From assembly GCA_034659135.1 (NCBI GenBank), contig JAYEGP010000070.1, forward strand, positions 1 to 53,713: a stretch of DNA of 53,713 bases. Direction: 5' to 3'. Below the pieces are notes generated by a model that saw nothing but the letters and a program-made list of their open reading frames with translations, was not told the DNA's origin and made no database searches. The DNA is from Campylobacterota bacterium (lineage in GTDB: Bacteria > Campylobacterota > Campylobacteria > Campylobacterales > Sulfurimonadaceae). Position numbers and translations under genes: made by a program. Below, in pieces: positions 26,604-35,242 of this stretch. The stretch's first letter is position 1. Each line of letters opens with the position of its first letter.

Positions 26604-27379
26604 TAGGAGACCTCTTTTATTGGAAGTTTAATAGATTTAACCATATTTACTAAAACGCTATCGAGCTCAATAACACCTTCGAGTTCTAGATAAGGACTGA
26701 TTTTATAATTTGCTTCACTCTCTTTAATAATTGCCTTATCTACATGGGCGATATCGATAATAGCATCTACTTTAAGTGCAAATTCACATTCATCTCCATG
26801 ATAAAGCAGGAGTTTTTGCAATGAATCTGAGACAACATCAAACTCAACCATAAACTGATCGAGTTGATGTATTGTTGAATTGTAAATACTCATGACACTC
26901 TCATTGATCTCTTTTAATGCTTTATCTTGATCATACTTAGCTGTTTCGAGTATGCTTATAGCTGATTTATGTAACTGTTTGTGAAAACTATTCAACTCTT
27001 TTACAATAGTGCTGACACGCTCATCATATGAGGTGAAGCCATCTAACCACTGACCAAGATTACACGCATGTGCATCGGTAGCTAAATCAAACTCAACACC
27101 TTTCTCAACACTATTCTTTAGTGTTTGCACCCATGTCGTATGCTGTTCTTTTAAGTCCAAAAAAAGCATCTTAAGATCACTGTCAAAGGAGTCAAGGTTT
27201 GTCATCTTTCGAAAATTGACCACTTTAATAACACCTTGTTTATACGACATCATACCGTCCACATATTCATGTGCATTGGGGATATCTGTAATTTTAGGTA
27301 TTTGTGCAATACGTTGAATATATTCTAAATCAATTGCATAACGGTTATTTTTAACTTCAAAAATTATAAGACTTTTCAT
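26603..27379 (-). CDS. CheW-like protein interrupted by a CZB (chemoreceptor zinc-binding) domain
   Basis: 258 aa. The N-terminal CheW half is FEVKNNRYAIDLEYIQRIAQIPKITDIPNAHEYVDGMMSYKQGVIKVVNF. The central CZB signature is HTTWVQ...DAHACNLGQWLDG...FHKQLH. The C-terminal remainder of the CheW fold follows. Confidence 0.7.
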   Translation of the reverse strand: MKSLIIFEVKNNRYAIDLEYIQRIAQIPKITDIPNAHEYVDGMMSYKQGVIKVVNFRKMTNLDSFDSDLKMLFLDLKEQHTTWVQTLKNSVEKGVEFDLATDAHACNLGQWLDGFTSYDERVSTIVKELNSFHKQLHKSAISILETAKYDQDKALKEINESVMSIYNSTIHQLDQFMVEFDVVSDSLQKLLLYHGDECEFALKVDAIIDIAHVDKAIIKESEANYKISPYLELEGVIELDSVLVNMVKSIKLPIKEVS

Positions 27380-27407
27380 GCCAATACCTTGTGAACAATG
27401 TTAAACA

Positions 27408-30152
27408 TTACATGGCCTTCTCAACTGAAGATTTAAGTTGATTAGATATTCCCAATATTCCTAAAGGATCTATCGTCATAATGATTTGACCATTTCCTAA
27501 AAGTGCCGTTCCACTAAAGATCGGATGGGTTTCCATCACCCCTTCAAGTGGTTTTTGAACCACATCAAGTTGTCCAAGCAGTTCATTAACGACCACTGCG
27601 ACTAAATTATCTTTGATATTTAAGACAACAATAGGAAGTGGGTGATTGGCTAAAACCTCTTCATCAAGCATTGTTTTGATGAAAAGCAATGGAATAACCT
27701 CTCCACGTAAATAGATAAAAGGTTCGTTATGAAGATATTCAATCTCGCTGCGTTCAATTTTGACAATTTCAGAAACATTGTCCATCGGTAAGCCATAATG
27801 AACACCATTCATTGTTACATGTAAGAGTTCACTCACTGCTAAAGAGACAGGAATAGAGAGGCGAATCGTTGTACCTTGATTTGGTCGTGTTTCAATACTG
27901 ATCGTCCCACCAAAGCCTTCAATAGATTTTCGTACAACATCCATACCCACGCCGCGTCCACTATATTCACTAATTTCATCGGCTGTCGAGAGACCAGCGA
28001 GCATCACCAGTTCAGCCTTCTCATTATCACTCATTGCTTCAATCTGATCGATGGTAAGCAACTCTTTTTCCAAGACTTTTTGAATCACACGATCCACGTT
28101 AATTCCAGCACCATCATCCATAATTTCAATAACAATTTTATCCGATTGCGCGTAGGCTTCTAAACTCACCGTACCCTCTTCACTTTTACCTTTTTTTAGA
28201 CGAACATCAGGTGTTTCAATACCATGATCGAGTGAATTTCGCATAATATGAATCATTGGATCAGCCAACATTTCAATCATATTCTTATCAAGCTTAGTGT
28301 TTCCACCTTCCATATTCAGTTTCACTTTTTTACCTAAATTTTTAGAAATCTCTCTCACAAGCTTAGGGTAGCGATCAAAAACATAGGAGATAGGAAGCAT
28401 TCGCATCGACATAATGAGATCTTGCAACTGCTCAGAAAGGCGGTTTATAAAGGTATACTTTTCCATGATTTCACGTTTAATCATCTCGGTATTCATATCT
28501 ACAACATTATCTGCAAGATACGGCAGTGAATTCTTTGCTACAAGAAGTTCACCAACAATATTCATAAGATTATCAATAGATTCTTGCTCAATCTTTACCG
28601 TTTTACCAACGACGGCTTTAGTAGCCACTGCTTTATCTTTTTTAACACTCTCTTTCTTCGGTAGTGCGGGAACAACACTCGGTTTTTCTTCTTCAACCTT
28701 CTCTACAACATTTTCCACGATGCTCTCTTCAACACCTTTTGCAACAGGTGTTTGTTCTATCACAACAACTTCAGGTACCGTCTCTTCTATTGCTGCTTCA
28801 GAGATCTTAGGTGCTGTCACTCCAAGAGTGAGACACATCCAATTGAGCATCTCTTCTTGAGTACTCATCTGAGGCATATCAGGATAAAAACGACGAAGTT
28901 TTTCAAGGATCATAGCGACACGCATTAAGGTCTCATTTTGATTTCCTGTATTTTCTAGTACCTTGATTTGCTGCGTCAGTATCTCATTTAAGTTAGCTTG
29001 CATATTTTCATCAACTTCAACAGCTTCCTTAGTAGGAGCTACACTTTCTGAAGTCACGGCATCATTAACAACTACCGTATTATTCTCATCATATTGATAA
29101 CATTCCCCTTTTTCAAGAGAAGTGAAAAAGCCAGAGAGTTTATTTAAATCATCTGCTTCAATGTTATGAGATATTTCCGATAAACGAACAAGTTGTGAGT
29201 ACTGAATACTCTCTGTGCCAATGAGTGGCAAGACTTTTTCAATAGCAGATTGAATCGATTCATGATTTAAATCTAAGTTTGACGTCAACTCTTTAATAAG
29301 ATCGAGTTGATGATTACTTTCACCATGATCTAAACTTAGAAGTGTTGCAATGTCTAAGACACTAAATTGTAATTCATCTAAAAAGTTAAACAGCGCATCT
29401 TCTATATCGGAGAATATTCCATACACAAATGCAGTCAACTGTGTCTGCAAAAGAAGACCATCAGGATCATCCATACCGCTTAAAACAGACTTGGCATTCT
29501 GTTCACTCATACACATATGCATACCAAGCATATCATCACCTAAAAGTGACAGTGTATATATGGGATCATTTCCATAAACCATACACGATTCATCAACATC
29601 AAAAGTGATAGCAAAAAGGTGTTTACTACTACAATCGTTTTCACTAAAGTCATCTTGTTTAAACGTGATTTTTTGATCAAAATCTTTTAAAAAGTGTAGT
29701 GGCATATTGACAATATTTTTCACATCATTGATCAAAGTAAAGGGAACACTCCAATGCTCTTCAGCTGCATCGTCTTTACCCATTTCACTACTTAGCTGTG
29801 CCACAATTGCTTGTAAACGCTCTTCATCCGCATCAACAATCTCTTCACTCTCTTCAGCTGCTTCTACAAGGTTCATAACCTCATCGAAAGCATTATAGAG
29901 CGCTTCAAGCATAGATGGTTGAAATTCAATTTTACCGCCACGAAGCATATCAAGAAGATCTTCTGCATGATGGGTAATATCTTTGACGGATTCAAAACCA
30001 ACTATCCCTGAGCCACCTTTTAAGGTGTGTGCTGCTCTAAATACCGAATTTAAAAGCTCAGGGTCATCACCACCTATCGCTTCAATATTTTGGTCAATAA
30101 AGCCAAGGTTTTCACGTGCTTCTACTAAAAACTGTTCTAATAGAGGATCCAT
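27408..30152 (-). CDS. cheA: Histidine kinase CheA (Hpt, long insert, dimerisation, HATPase and CheW-like domains)
   Basis: 914 aa. Hpt AAHTLKGGSGIVGF, N-box MIHIMRNSLDHGIE, G-boxes DDGAGIN and GRGVGMDVV, and a C-terminal CheW-like domain. Confidence 0.9.
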   Translation of the reverse strand: MDPLLEQFLVEARENLGFIDQNIEAIGGDDPELLNSVFRAAHTLKGGSGIVGFESVKDITHHAEDLLDMLRGGKIEFQPSMLEALYNAFDEVMNLVEAAEESEEIVDADEERLQAIVAQLSSEMGKDDAAEEHWSVPFTLINDVKNIVNMPLHFLKDFDQKITFKQDDFSENDCSSKHLFAITFDVDESCMVYGNDPIYTLSLLGDDMLGMHMCMSEQNAKSVLSGMDDPDGLLLQTQLTAFVYGIFSDIEDALFNFLDELQFSVLDIATLLSLDHGESNHQLDLIKELTSNLDLNHESIQSAIEKVLPLIGTESIQYSQLVRLSEISHNIEADDLNKLSGFFTSLEKGECYQYDENNTVVVNDAVTSESVAPTKEAVEVDENMQANLNEILTQQIKVLENTGNQNETLMRVAMILEKLRRFYPDMPQMSTQEEMLNWMCLTLGVTAPKISEAAIEETVPEVVVIEQTPVAKGVEESIVENVVEKVEEEKPSVVPALPKKESVKKDKAVATKAVVGKTVKIEQESIDNLMNIVGELLVAKNSLPYLADNVVDMNTEMIKREIMEKYTFINRLSEQLQDLIMSMRMLPISYVFDRYPKLVREISKNLGKKVKLNMEGGNTKLDKNMIEMLADPMIHIMRNSLDHGIETPDVRLKKGKSEEGTVSLEAYAQSDKIVIEIMDDGAGINVDRVIQKVLEKELLTIDQIEAMSDNEKAELVMLAGLSTADEISEYSGRGVGMDVVRKSIEGFGGTISIETRPNQGTTIRLSIPVSLAVSELLHVTMNGVHYGLPMDNVSEIVKIERSEIEYLHNEPFIYLRGEVIPLLFIKTMLDEEVLANHPLPIVVLNIKDNLVAVVVNELLGQLDVVQKPLEGVMETHPIFSGTALLGNGQIIMTIDPLGILGISNQLKSSVEKAM
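27815..27824. repeat. Iterated palindrome TTACATGTAA (exact)
   Basis: Inside cheA, read as L-H-V. It is the only exact copy in the 19.9-37.6 kb supercluster. Confidence 0.95.
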
Positions 30153-30161
30153 ACTAACTCC

Positions 30162-30527
30162 TTAACTCTGTACTAAAATATTAACATAAGCATTAAGCTG
30201 GTCGGGCTTAATCGGTTTTGTTTCAAACAGATTAGCACCTACTTTATATGCTTCAATCTTGTCAATTTCTTGTGCTTGTGTTGTCACCATAATCACCGGT
30301 GCCATTTTTTGATTAGGCTGTTTACGCAGTTCCTTAACAAAAGAATATCCATCCATAACCGGCATGTTAACATCTACTAAATAGAGGTCAATCTCTGCAT
30401 CTAAACTACGTTCAAGTGCTTCCATGCCATTTTCAGCCTCGACAATAGTTACACCCATCGCTTTAAGAATGGAACCGTGATAGCTCCGTACTGTTTTTGA
30501 ATCATCTACAACCATTACTGTTGCCAT
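30162..30527 (-). CDS. cheY: CheY-like single-domain response regulator
   Basis: 121 aa. VMVVDDS, LVDVNMPVMDG and ETKPI. Confidence 0.85.
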   Translation of the reverse strand: MATVMVVDDSKTVRSYHGSILKAMGVTIVEAENGMEALERSLDAEIDLYLVDVNMPVMDGYSFVKELRKQPNQKMAPVIMVTTQAQEIDKIEAYKVGANLFETKPIKPDQLNAYVNILVQS

Positions 30528-30536
30528 CTTTAGCTC

Positions 30537-30929
30537 CTAAAAAAACTCTATTGCATCGTCATCATTTTCATGATTAACATTTCCAGAAAATGCCTGCTGT
30601 CTATCTTTAGCACGCGCTATTGCCTTTGTTAACTTACTATCTAATGATTCCATACTCCTAAGAGCTATCGTCTCATCTTCTTTGGCAGCATGTTGATACT
30701 GATGTATGCTCTGCTGAACACTTTCAATAGCTTCAATGGTTGCACTCAGTTGTTGAGAAATAATATCTTGATACTGTAAAGCTTCTGCAACATCATCATC
30801 GATCTCTATACTCTTCTTTTCAAGAAAAGCTGAAAGCTTCAAGAGTGAGTTTTTTGAAAGTAGCATCGTCTCTTCTTCAACAATTTTAATATGTCCAAGA
30901 AGTTGATCAACAGAATTTAAAAGTACCAT
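30537..30929 (-). CDS. Short CheZ-like phosphatase candidate
   Basis: 130 aa. LQYQDIISQQLSATIEAIESVQ parallels E. coli CheZ [20 protein letters not shown], with the catalytic Asp and Gln at the same spacing. The acidic/aromatic C-terminus is DDDAIEFF. Confidence 0.45.
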   Translation of the reverse strand: MVLLNSVDQLLGHIKIVEEETMLLSKNSLLKLSAFLEKKSIEIDDDVAEALQYQDIISQQLSATIEAIESVQQSIHQYQHAAKEDETIALRSMESLDSKLTKAIARAKDRQQAFSGNVNHENDDDAIEFF

Positions 30930-30945
30930 AATACAATCTCCTTAT

Positions 30946-31323
30946 TTATGCCGGTAGGCGTAATACTCGCGTGATAGCTTGCTTAAGTTGTGCTGGATTA
31001 AATGGCTTTACAATCCAACCCGTAAGTCCAAGTGCTTTGCCTTGTTGTTTGAGTTCTGCTTTTGTCTCCGTTGTTAACATCAAAGTCGGTGTACGTTTAG
31101 CACTTTCAACTTGACGTAAAGCTTTTAAAAACTCTAATCCATTCATAACAGGCATGTTGAGATCGGTAATAATAAGATCAGGACTAATTACGCCACTTTG
31201 AATCTCAGCTAAAGCTACTTGAGCTTCTAAATACTGTTTTACCTCAATGGGCATACTTTGCGTTACCATTCGTGTCGACGCTAAAGCCGTTTCACTATCA
31301 TCTATAAAAATTACTAATGGCAT
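30946..31323 (-). CDS. CheY-like single-domain response regulator (second)
   Basis: 125 aa. VIFIDDSE, ITDLNMPVMNG and VKPF. Confidence 0.8.
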   Translation of the reverse strand: MPLVIFIDDSETALASTRMVTQSMPIEVKQYLEAQVALAEIQSGVISPDLIITDLNMPVMNGLEFLKALRQVESAKRTPTLMLTTETKAELKQQGKALGLTGWIVKPFNPAQLKQAITRVLRLPA

Positions 31324-31335
31324 ATTATTTCTCCT

Positions 31336-32166
31336 CTATTTTTGATACACTAATGTGGTATCCATTTTTTTTGCATTAAATACCGAAACAATTCGGCTCA
31401 TATATTCAGCATGTCCTAAAAGAACATAGCCACTTGGATTAAGTAGATCATAAAATGTCATTGCTACCTCTTTTCGACTGGCATCATCGAAGTAAATCAT
31501 CATATTTCTTGAAAAAATAATATCAAATTTTCCAAGCTTACGCATTTCAGTACGATCAAAAACATTGACGACTTTAAAATCGACCACACCCATAAGGTCG
31601 TCGATCAAGGTATAGCCTAAGCCTTTCTTGTTAAACCATCGATTTAAAATTGGCTTAGGAATAGCATGAACTGATCGTGGCGTATAGTGTGCTTTTTCCG
31701 CTTTTTGAATGACAGTAGAGTCAATATCAATGCCCACAACCTCAATATCACGCTCTTCAATAATCTTACCCTCTTCTAAAATATGTAAGATCATCGAGTA
31801 AGGCTCTTCTCCTGTTGAACAAGGAGAGGATAAAATACGTAAAGGCACACCTTTAGGACGTGTTTTATGCAGGTCAGGTAAAATATGATTCGCTAAAACT
31901 TCAAACTGATTCACTTCACGGAAAAAATAGGTCTCATTAACAGTCATTCCGTTCATCAGTTCTTGAAATTCAACGCCATCTTTATCTTCAAAACGTACTC
32001 TAAAGAAATATTTTCTAAACGTATCAAATCCTAATGTCGAAATTCGATTATCCACAAACTTGGCTAGTTTTTCATAATGTTTATCTTCTTCAAGATAAAT
32101 ACCACTTTTTCTATAAATAAATTCACTCAGTTTGACAAAATTATCTTTGGAAAGTGCATATGCCAT
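31336..32166 (-). CDS. cheR: Chemotaxis protein methyltransferase CheR
   Basis: 276 aa. ETYFFRE, SSPCSTGEEPYSM and FSRNMMIYFD. Confidence 0.9.
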   Translation of the reverse strand: MAYALSKDNFVKLSEFIYRKSGIYLEEDKHYEKLAKFVDNRISTLGFDTFRKYFFRVRFEDKDGVEFQELMNGMTVNETYFFREVNQFEVLANHILPDLHKTRPKGVPLRILSSPCSTGEEPYSMILHILEEGKIIEERDIEVVGIDIDSTVIQKAEKAHYTPRSVHAIPKPILNRWFNKKGLGYTLIDDLMGVVDFKVVNVFDRTEMRKLGKFDIIFSRNMMIYFDDASRKEVAMTFYDLLNPSGYVLLGHAEYMSRIVSVFNAKKMDTTLVYQK

Positions 32167-32169
32167 AAT

Positions 32170-32793
32170 CTATCCCTGTATCATTCGAATAGCATTATCA
32201 ACACCGAACACAACATAAGGATCGTGGTTAAAATGTTCTTTAAGTGACTCAAGAAGCGCTACATCTTCTGCTTCACCAATTTCTGCCATATAATCCACTG
32301 CAGTCATAGCAACATTAATATCTGCTTCACCCTCTAAAAGTTCAATGAGCATATCTCGTGATTCAGGAAAACTCACATCTCCAAGAACATTAATAGCAAA
32401 AATACGAAGATCTCTATCATCACCAATAAGAAATTTAACAATATAGTACTTTATTGCTTCACCATAATCTTGTAAGACTGAAATAGCCAAATTTCGAATA
32501 TACGCATTATGAAGTTTTAAAAGTTCCATAACCTCTTCAATGGGGGCTTCATCAGGATCCATTGTGGCCAAGACAGCTGCTACTTCAGCGTCAATAGCTT
32601 TACCTGTTGTTGTATCAGAAAGCACTTCAACTAAAAAACTCGCTCCATTTTCAAAAGCGACCATCTCTTCAAGAGCATACTTTCGATGTTCAAAGTCATC
32701 ATATTTTTGAAAATAATCAATCGCTTCTTGAAGATTATCGAAGCTTGGAAAGGATGTCACTTCTTGTTCAAGATGTTTTTTTACAAAAGCCAT
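32170..32793 (-). CDS. HEAT-repeat protein
   Basis: 207 aa. Repeated ..IRNLAISVLQDYG.. / ..LRIFAINVLGDV.. / ..VAMTAVDYMAEIG.. units, located between cheB and cheR. Confidence 0.55.
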   Translation of the reverse strand: MAFVKKHLEQEVTSFPSFDNLQEAIDYFQKYDDFEHRKYALEEMVAFENGASFLVEVLSDTTTGKAIDAEVAAVLATMDPDEAPIEEVMELLKLHNAYIRNLAISVLQDYGEAIKYYIVKFLIGDDRDLRIFAINVLGDVSFPESRDMLIELLEGEADINVAMTAVDYMAEIGEAEDVALLESLKEHFNHDPYVVFGVDNAIRMIQG

Positions 32794-32804
32794 AAATCCT
32801 CCAC

Positions 32805-33863
32805 TTATTTAAATGTTACAATTTTTTTTACGATCTGGTTAAAGTCGAGCTGTTCCATAACGCCACCGATATCATAAGCCACTTTTGGCATACCATACAC
32901 CGTAGCACTTGCTTCACTCTCTCCAATGGTGTAGCCACCATCTTTTTTTATAGCTAAAAGACCTTTAGCTCCATCATCACCAATTCCTGTCAAAATCACA
33001 CCTACGAGATTAGCACCGCCAAAAGTTTTTAATGCACTATGATACATCTCATCCACACTCGGTTGAAAAAACTGATCATTTACATCTTTCTCTTCACGAA
33101 TAACATATTTTCCAGAAACTTTTTTAGCAAAATGCATATGGACACCACCACGAGCCACATAAACATTGCCAGGTAAAAGCTCCATATTATGTGATGACTC
33201 GTGTACAGGCAGTGCACTGACGCGATCAAGACGCGCCGCAAAAGCCTTAGTAAACTGCTCTGGCATATGCTGAACGACACAGACAGGATAACTATAGCTA
33301 GCTGGTAAAGCTGCACATATCTGCTCTATCAAACCTGGCCCACCTGTTGATGAACCTATTAATAATACTTTAGAAATATCTCGACTATCTGTAGTACTCA
33401 CTTCTCGTGTACGTGTCCGTTCTTTACGTTCTCGTAACACCGGTCTGCGAATTTGACGTTTTAAACGACGTCGTGATACTTTGCTTAAGGCCTCTACTTT
33501 TTCAAGAATTTCCTCACGATTTTCTCGTTTTCCTACATTCATAGTACCCGGTTTAGCAATATAGTCAATAGCACCAAGTTCCATCGCTTCTATTGTTGTT
33601 GAAGCGTCTTCAGAGGTTAATGAGCTTACCATTAAAATAGCTGAAGGATTCACTTCCATAATCTTTTTAACAGCACTCAGACCATCCATCACAGGCATAT
33701 TAACATCCATAGTGATAACATCAAAATCAGTTTCTGTTGCTAAATTCACAGCTTCTTGACCATTTTTGGCAATTTCAATCTCAAAACCTAAGGTTTCAAT
33801 CATCTCACGTAACTGTTTTCTAACAAGTGCTGAATCGTCAACTATTAACACTTTTTTACTCAT
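32805..33863 (-). CDS. cheB: Chemotaxis methylesterase CheB (REC plus methylesterase)
   Basis: 352 aa. REC domain VLIVDDSALVR..TMDVNMPVMDG. Esterase blocks GSSTGGP, VVQHMP and GIGDDGA. Confidence 0.9.
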   Translation of the reverse strand: MSKKVLIVDDSALVRKQLREMIETLGFEIEIAKNGQEAVNLATETDFDVITMDVNMPVMDGLSAVKKIMEVNPSAILMVSSLTSEDASTTIEAMELGAIDYIAKPGTMNVGKRENREEILEKVEALSKVSRRRLKRQIRRPVLRERKERTRTREVSTTDSRDISKVLLIGSSTGGPGLIEQICAALPASYSYPVCVVQHMPEQFTKAFAARLDRVSALPVHESSHNMELLPGNVYVARGGVHMHFAKKVSGKYVIREEKDVNDQFFQPSVDEMYHSALKTFGGANLVGVILTGIGDDGAKGLLAIKKDGGYTIGESEASATVYGMPKVAYDIGGVMEQLDFNQIVKKIVTFK

Positions 33864-35242
33864 GCAGCTTCCTTTTTTTGAGTAATCTTATGGATATCAA
33901 ACAGAAGTACAAGACGTGAACCCTCTTCTAAATGAAGTACATGAGAAAAATAATCACCACGTTCGTCTTCTTCTTTGAGCTCGTTTTTTTCAACTCCAAG
34001 AACATCACTAATGCTATCTACATAAAATCCGATGCGGTATTCATTGATCTGACAAATAATGATCTTTTGATCCTGTGATGTAGGTTTTGGTTTTGACAAC
34101 CACTCATAAATAGACATCATCATAACAATTTGTCCACGAATATTAATGATTCCCTCAACAAATTGAGGTGAATCTGCAAAAGGAGTCACCTCTACGGCAT
34201 CAATGATCTCAACAACATCATCAATATTAATGGCGTACTCTTCTTCTCCAAATTTGAACACAACAACTTCAAATTCTACAGGTTTTTCACTCAAAATTTC
34301 TACGGTTCTATCTTTATCATCGATTAAAGCAGCACTTCGTGATGAGAGTTGACGAATCACATCAATTCCAATCAATGAAATTAACTGCTCTTCATCATGA
34401 ATAACTCCAGAAACTTTATTATCTTTAAAATTTGAAGGCATCTCATCAATAAAGTCACTCTCAACATCACGTATATCCAAAATTTCATCCACCACTAGAC
34501 CCAGAGTTTTACCCTTATCTTCTGTCACTAAAATACGATTTTTTTCGGATAAGCTATCGTCAAAAGAGAAAAAACGTCTTAGATCCATAACCACAAGAAG
34601 TTCACCTCTAAGTGCCATCATGCCAAGTACTTCACTAGCACTACCAGCAATTTCTGTAAACTCTTCTGGTAATTTCATAATTTCACGCAAACTGTCAATA
34701 TCAACAGCATAGCGTTCATCCGCCATCTTAATAAAGAGATAGCGTTTTGTGTTCATCTTCTCTTTAGAACTCTCACTATTTCTTATTGATCCGTCTTTTA
34801 CAGTATTGAGCTCATAAGTACTTAGTGTTGCTCTACTTAAAAGAAATGTGATATCAAGAATCTGCACTATTGCATCATGATGTTTATAGATAGCAACGAC
34901 ACCATCACTACTATCTTCTATATGTTCAAGCATTTCAGCATCTACTAAAACCGTATCAGAAACTTCTGGAACAACTAAAGCAGTGCTTTCATTTTTTCCC
35001 ACAAGGCTTAAAAGACGTGTCTTTTCACACTCTATGTCAATAGCAGGTAAGCTTAATAATAAATTGATGTCATAAACTGTTACGATTTTTCCGCTAACAG
35101 AACTTAAGCCCAAGATTGCATCTGAGGTTAAAACCACAGGGGTAAATGCAGGAACTCGTAAAATCTGATTAATGATTTCAGTACTGATTCCATAATAAAC
35201 ACTACCATGTTTTATGATTAGAATCTCTTCAATGCTCATCAT
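33860..35242 (-). CDS. Scaffold protein with three tandem CheW-like domains
   Basis: 460 aa. The pattern (Y)x(I/V)..I.EI....(V/F)TP...(P)..V.G...(R)G.(I/L)V.V.D is repeated three times, at about residues 10-140, 175-300 and 325-455. Confidence 0.75.
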   Translation of the reverse strand: MMSIEEILIIKHGSVYYGISTEIINQILRVPAFTPVVLTSDAILGLSSVSGKIVTVYDINLLLSLPAIDIECEKTRLLSLVGKNESTALVVPEVSDTVLVDAEMLEHIEDSSDGVVAIYKHHDAIVQILDITFLLSRATLSTYELNTVKDGSIRNSESSKEKMNTKRYLFIKMADERYAVDIDSLREIMKLPEEFTEIAGSASEVLGMMALRGELLVVMDLRRFFSFDDSLSEKNRILVTEDKGKTLGLVVDEILDIRDVESDFIDEMPSNFKDNKVSGVIHDEEQLISLIGIDVIRQLSSRSAALIDDKDRTVEILSEKPVEFEVVVFKFGEEEYAINIDDVVEIIDAVEVTPFADSPQFVEGIINIRGQIVMMMSIYEWLSKPKPTSQDQKIIICQINEYRIGFYVDSISDVLGVEKNELKEEDERGDYFSHVLHLEEGSRLVLLFDIHKITQKKEAA

